DNA of 21,047 bases. Origin: Ginkgo biloba. Lineage: Eukaryota; Plantae; Ginkgophyta. How positions within the stretch are numbered: position 1 is the stretch's first letter; the number at the start of each line of letters is the position of its first letter. The notes under the pieces were generated by a model. That model did not search any database. It was not told where the DNA came from and saw nothing but the letters and a program-made list of their open reading frames with translations. This document shows positions 19,198 to 21,047 of the stretch, piece by piece. The position numbers and the translations under genes were made by a program. Where the stretch lies: positions 16,813,930-16,834,976 of the forward strand of contig JANKJI020000004.1 in assembly GCA_024626585.2 (NCBI GenBank), read 5' to 3'.

Positions 19198-20480
19198 GAG
19201 AAGAAATAGACGATACCATGGAAGATGACACTACTTGGAGAAGATGTTGGAGGCAGCCGTCGATCTAAAAGATAGAGATAAGTGGTGATGCATTGCAGGG
19301 GCAAAGCTCAGACAGGCGAGGGACAGTGAATAGACTCATGAATTTTTTTGTTCTCTATAATGGAGGGAGAAATTTCCTACAAAGAAAGAAGGCACGCCCA
19401 GTTGTGGAGTAGATGCCTCGGTGATTATAAATCGATTATGAAAGATATCCTTCCTGTGGAATGCTTGTGTAAAACCCTCTTGTGGATCGTTGTCATCGAA
19501 GACTAACGAATGCCGACTAGGAGATTGATTGGTTACTACTACAGATAGAGGTAAAACCCTACGATGTGAAGGCATTGGACAATGCTAGACCAAATGGAGA
19601 GAAGGAGAAGCTATTGTTGGAGAAGATGTGAAGTCTACAGGGGATTACGATAGAACCGACGCATTGCAAGCTACATCGCACAGGTGGGAGAAAGTCGCGA
19701 CGAGAAAAAAGGGGTCACAATTTTTTTTTAACTTTGGAAATGATAAAATTAAAAATTTAAGTCCACTGCAATTTTATTTGAAGTCCATTTATACTATGCT
19801 CACATGAAATTTACATATAACCACATGCTAAGGGTTTAAAAGAAATTAAGGTGCTAAGTTAGTTTTTTAGGGCATTATTTTTTAAAATATTATGTTGTAT
19901 GGTTTTATTTGCAAAGAGAATACGGCGTTGAGTGGTAAGATTATATGAGCCTTAAAAAAAATGGGTTTCAAGTTCAAAGACAATCATTTTTTTAAGAGTC
20001 ATTGACCTTAGTCATATAGGCGAGCATCGTATTATGAAGAATTGATTGTAAATGCTCGATGTTGCCTTATTAAAAAATGGAAAACTGAGTGAGTAGTTAA
20101 TAGTCATGGGTAGTCCTCTATCATATTGGAGTTTAGACTTGTTCCTATTTGAAGTTGAGTGTCGCCTAAGTAAAAATTCTTGAAGTTTGGAGGAGTCATC
20201 ATTAGGGGAACCATCTAATTGCTTCAATTATTTTTCTCTCATTAGAAGTCCATGTTAGTTTGGGAGGTACCCCCACTAGTTAAAAACATTAATTAGATAT
20301 GCATATTCATGGTAGAATAGGCCAGCCACATTAATAGCAGTAGTTGCATAACAAGGAGAAGAATGCAATTAAGAAGACTAATGCAGGAGAGATGGTTGAT
20401 CATATGTTACCCTAGACATAGTGATGCAAGTATGTGTAATGAGTTCAAATGTGATAGTTATTGATGGTTCATCACTGTAA

Positions 20481-20984
20481 TTGATTGTAAGAGAAGAGAA
20501 ACTGTTTCAGATTGAAGAGAGGAGAAAGAATAGTTTGAATGGAGAGACCGTGAAGAAGAGGGGTTTTGAAGAAATAGAGCTTGTGATTCCACCTGTATTT
20601 GATAAGTGTCGGGCTGTTTTGTTTCCATCAGATCAGATCAATGCAAGAGAATTGTATTGGGAAGCCGTTTGCATGTCTTCTGGAGTTGAAAATGTTCAAG
20701 AGAAGGCAGAACCCCTTCTGGTGAAAGCATGCCAGCACAATCCATTCATTGGCGAGCCTCGTGTTGTTCTTGCTCAGATCTATCTTTCTCAAGGGAAATA
20801 TGAGGAAGGGCAAAAGGAAGCAGAGACAGGTTTGAGGATAATGTTAGAATGGGGTACAAATTGGGACAAAAGGATGTCATGGGAAGGTTGGATTGCATGG
20901 ACAAGAGTGTTGGTGATGAAGGCAAAGGAAAAGTCTTGGCCTCATACATCTTGGGGAATTCTGAATTTGGGTCTTGTCAAGTGA
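20481..20984 (+). CDS. C-terminal part of a conserved plant DUF6817-domain/TPR-like protein (5'-incomplete; possibly a truncated copy)
   Basis: 167 open codons: LIVREE...EEIELVIPPVFDKC...ARELYWEAVC...NPFIGEPRVVLAQIYL...EWGTNWDKRMSWEGWIAWTRVLVMKAKEKSWPHTSWGILNLGLVK*. This matches the recalled C-terminus of the family up to its natural stop. An in-frame TAA sits at 20478-20480 and there is no ATG at the 5' edge. Confidence 0.8.
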   Translation: MIVREEKLFQIEERRKNSLNGETVKKRGFEEIELVIPPVFDKCRAVLFPSDQINARELYWEAVCMSSGVENVQEKAEPLLVKACQHNPFIGEPRVVLAQIYLSQGKYEEGQKEAETGLRIMLEWGTNWDKRMSWEGWIAWTRVLVMKAKEKSWPHTSWGILNLGLVK

Positions 20985-21047
20985 AAGCATGTTTCAAATG
21001 CTTAAAGGGCTAGTGGGTTAACTGTTATCAGGCTAAGTATTTTTTTA

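Noticed and set aside
18388-19719. TGTTAC...GTCACA as the two ends of one solo LTR
   Set aside because: The flanks (TGGAC and ATTTT) do not form a target-site duplication.

Overview
This is an AT-rich, gap-riddled plant nuclear scaffold, probably a conifer or other gymnosperm (inferred from the long TE-filled intron and the retroelement types). The main host gene is the 5' end of an importin alpha-9-like (IMPA9) gene on the minus strand. Coding exon 1 is at 12391->gap, exon 2 is at 3344->3125, and the ~9 kb first intron holds nested, decayed Ty3/gypsy pieces. The most unusual feature is that the start-codon exon occurs twice in tandem: an intact copy cut by a gap, and a frameshifted copy inside intron 1 that keeps its GT donor. 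Upstream lie a possible head-to-head promoter, a palindromic TGACG-rich array, a decayed Ty1/copia-like element and two LTR-PBS junctions followed by an ATL-type RING-H2 pseudogene. The window ends with an open but 5'-truncated ORF of a conserved plant DUF6817/TPR-like protein. All family assignments come from recognising motifs by eye, not database searches. Adjacency across the many ~100-N gaps is not guaranteed.
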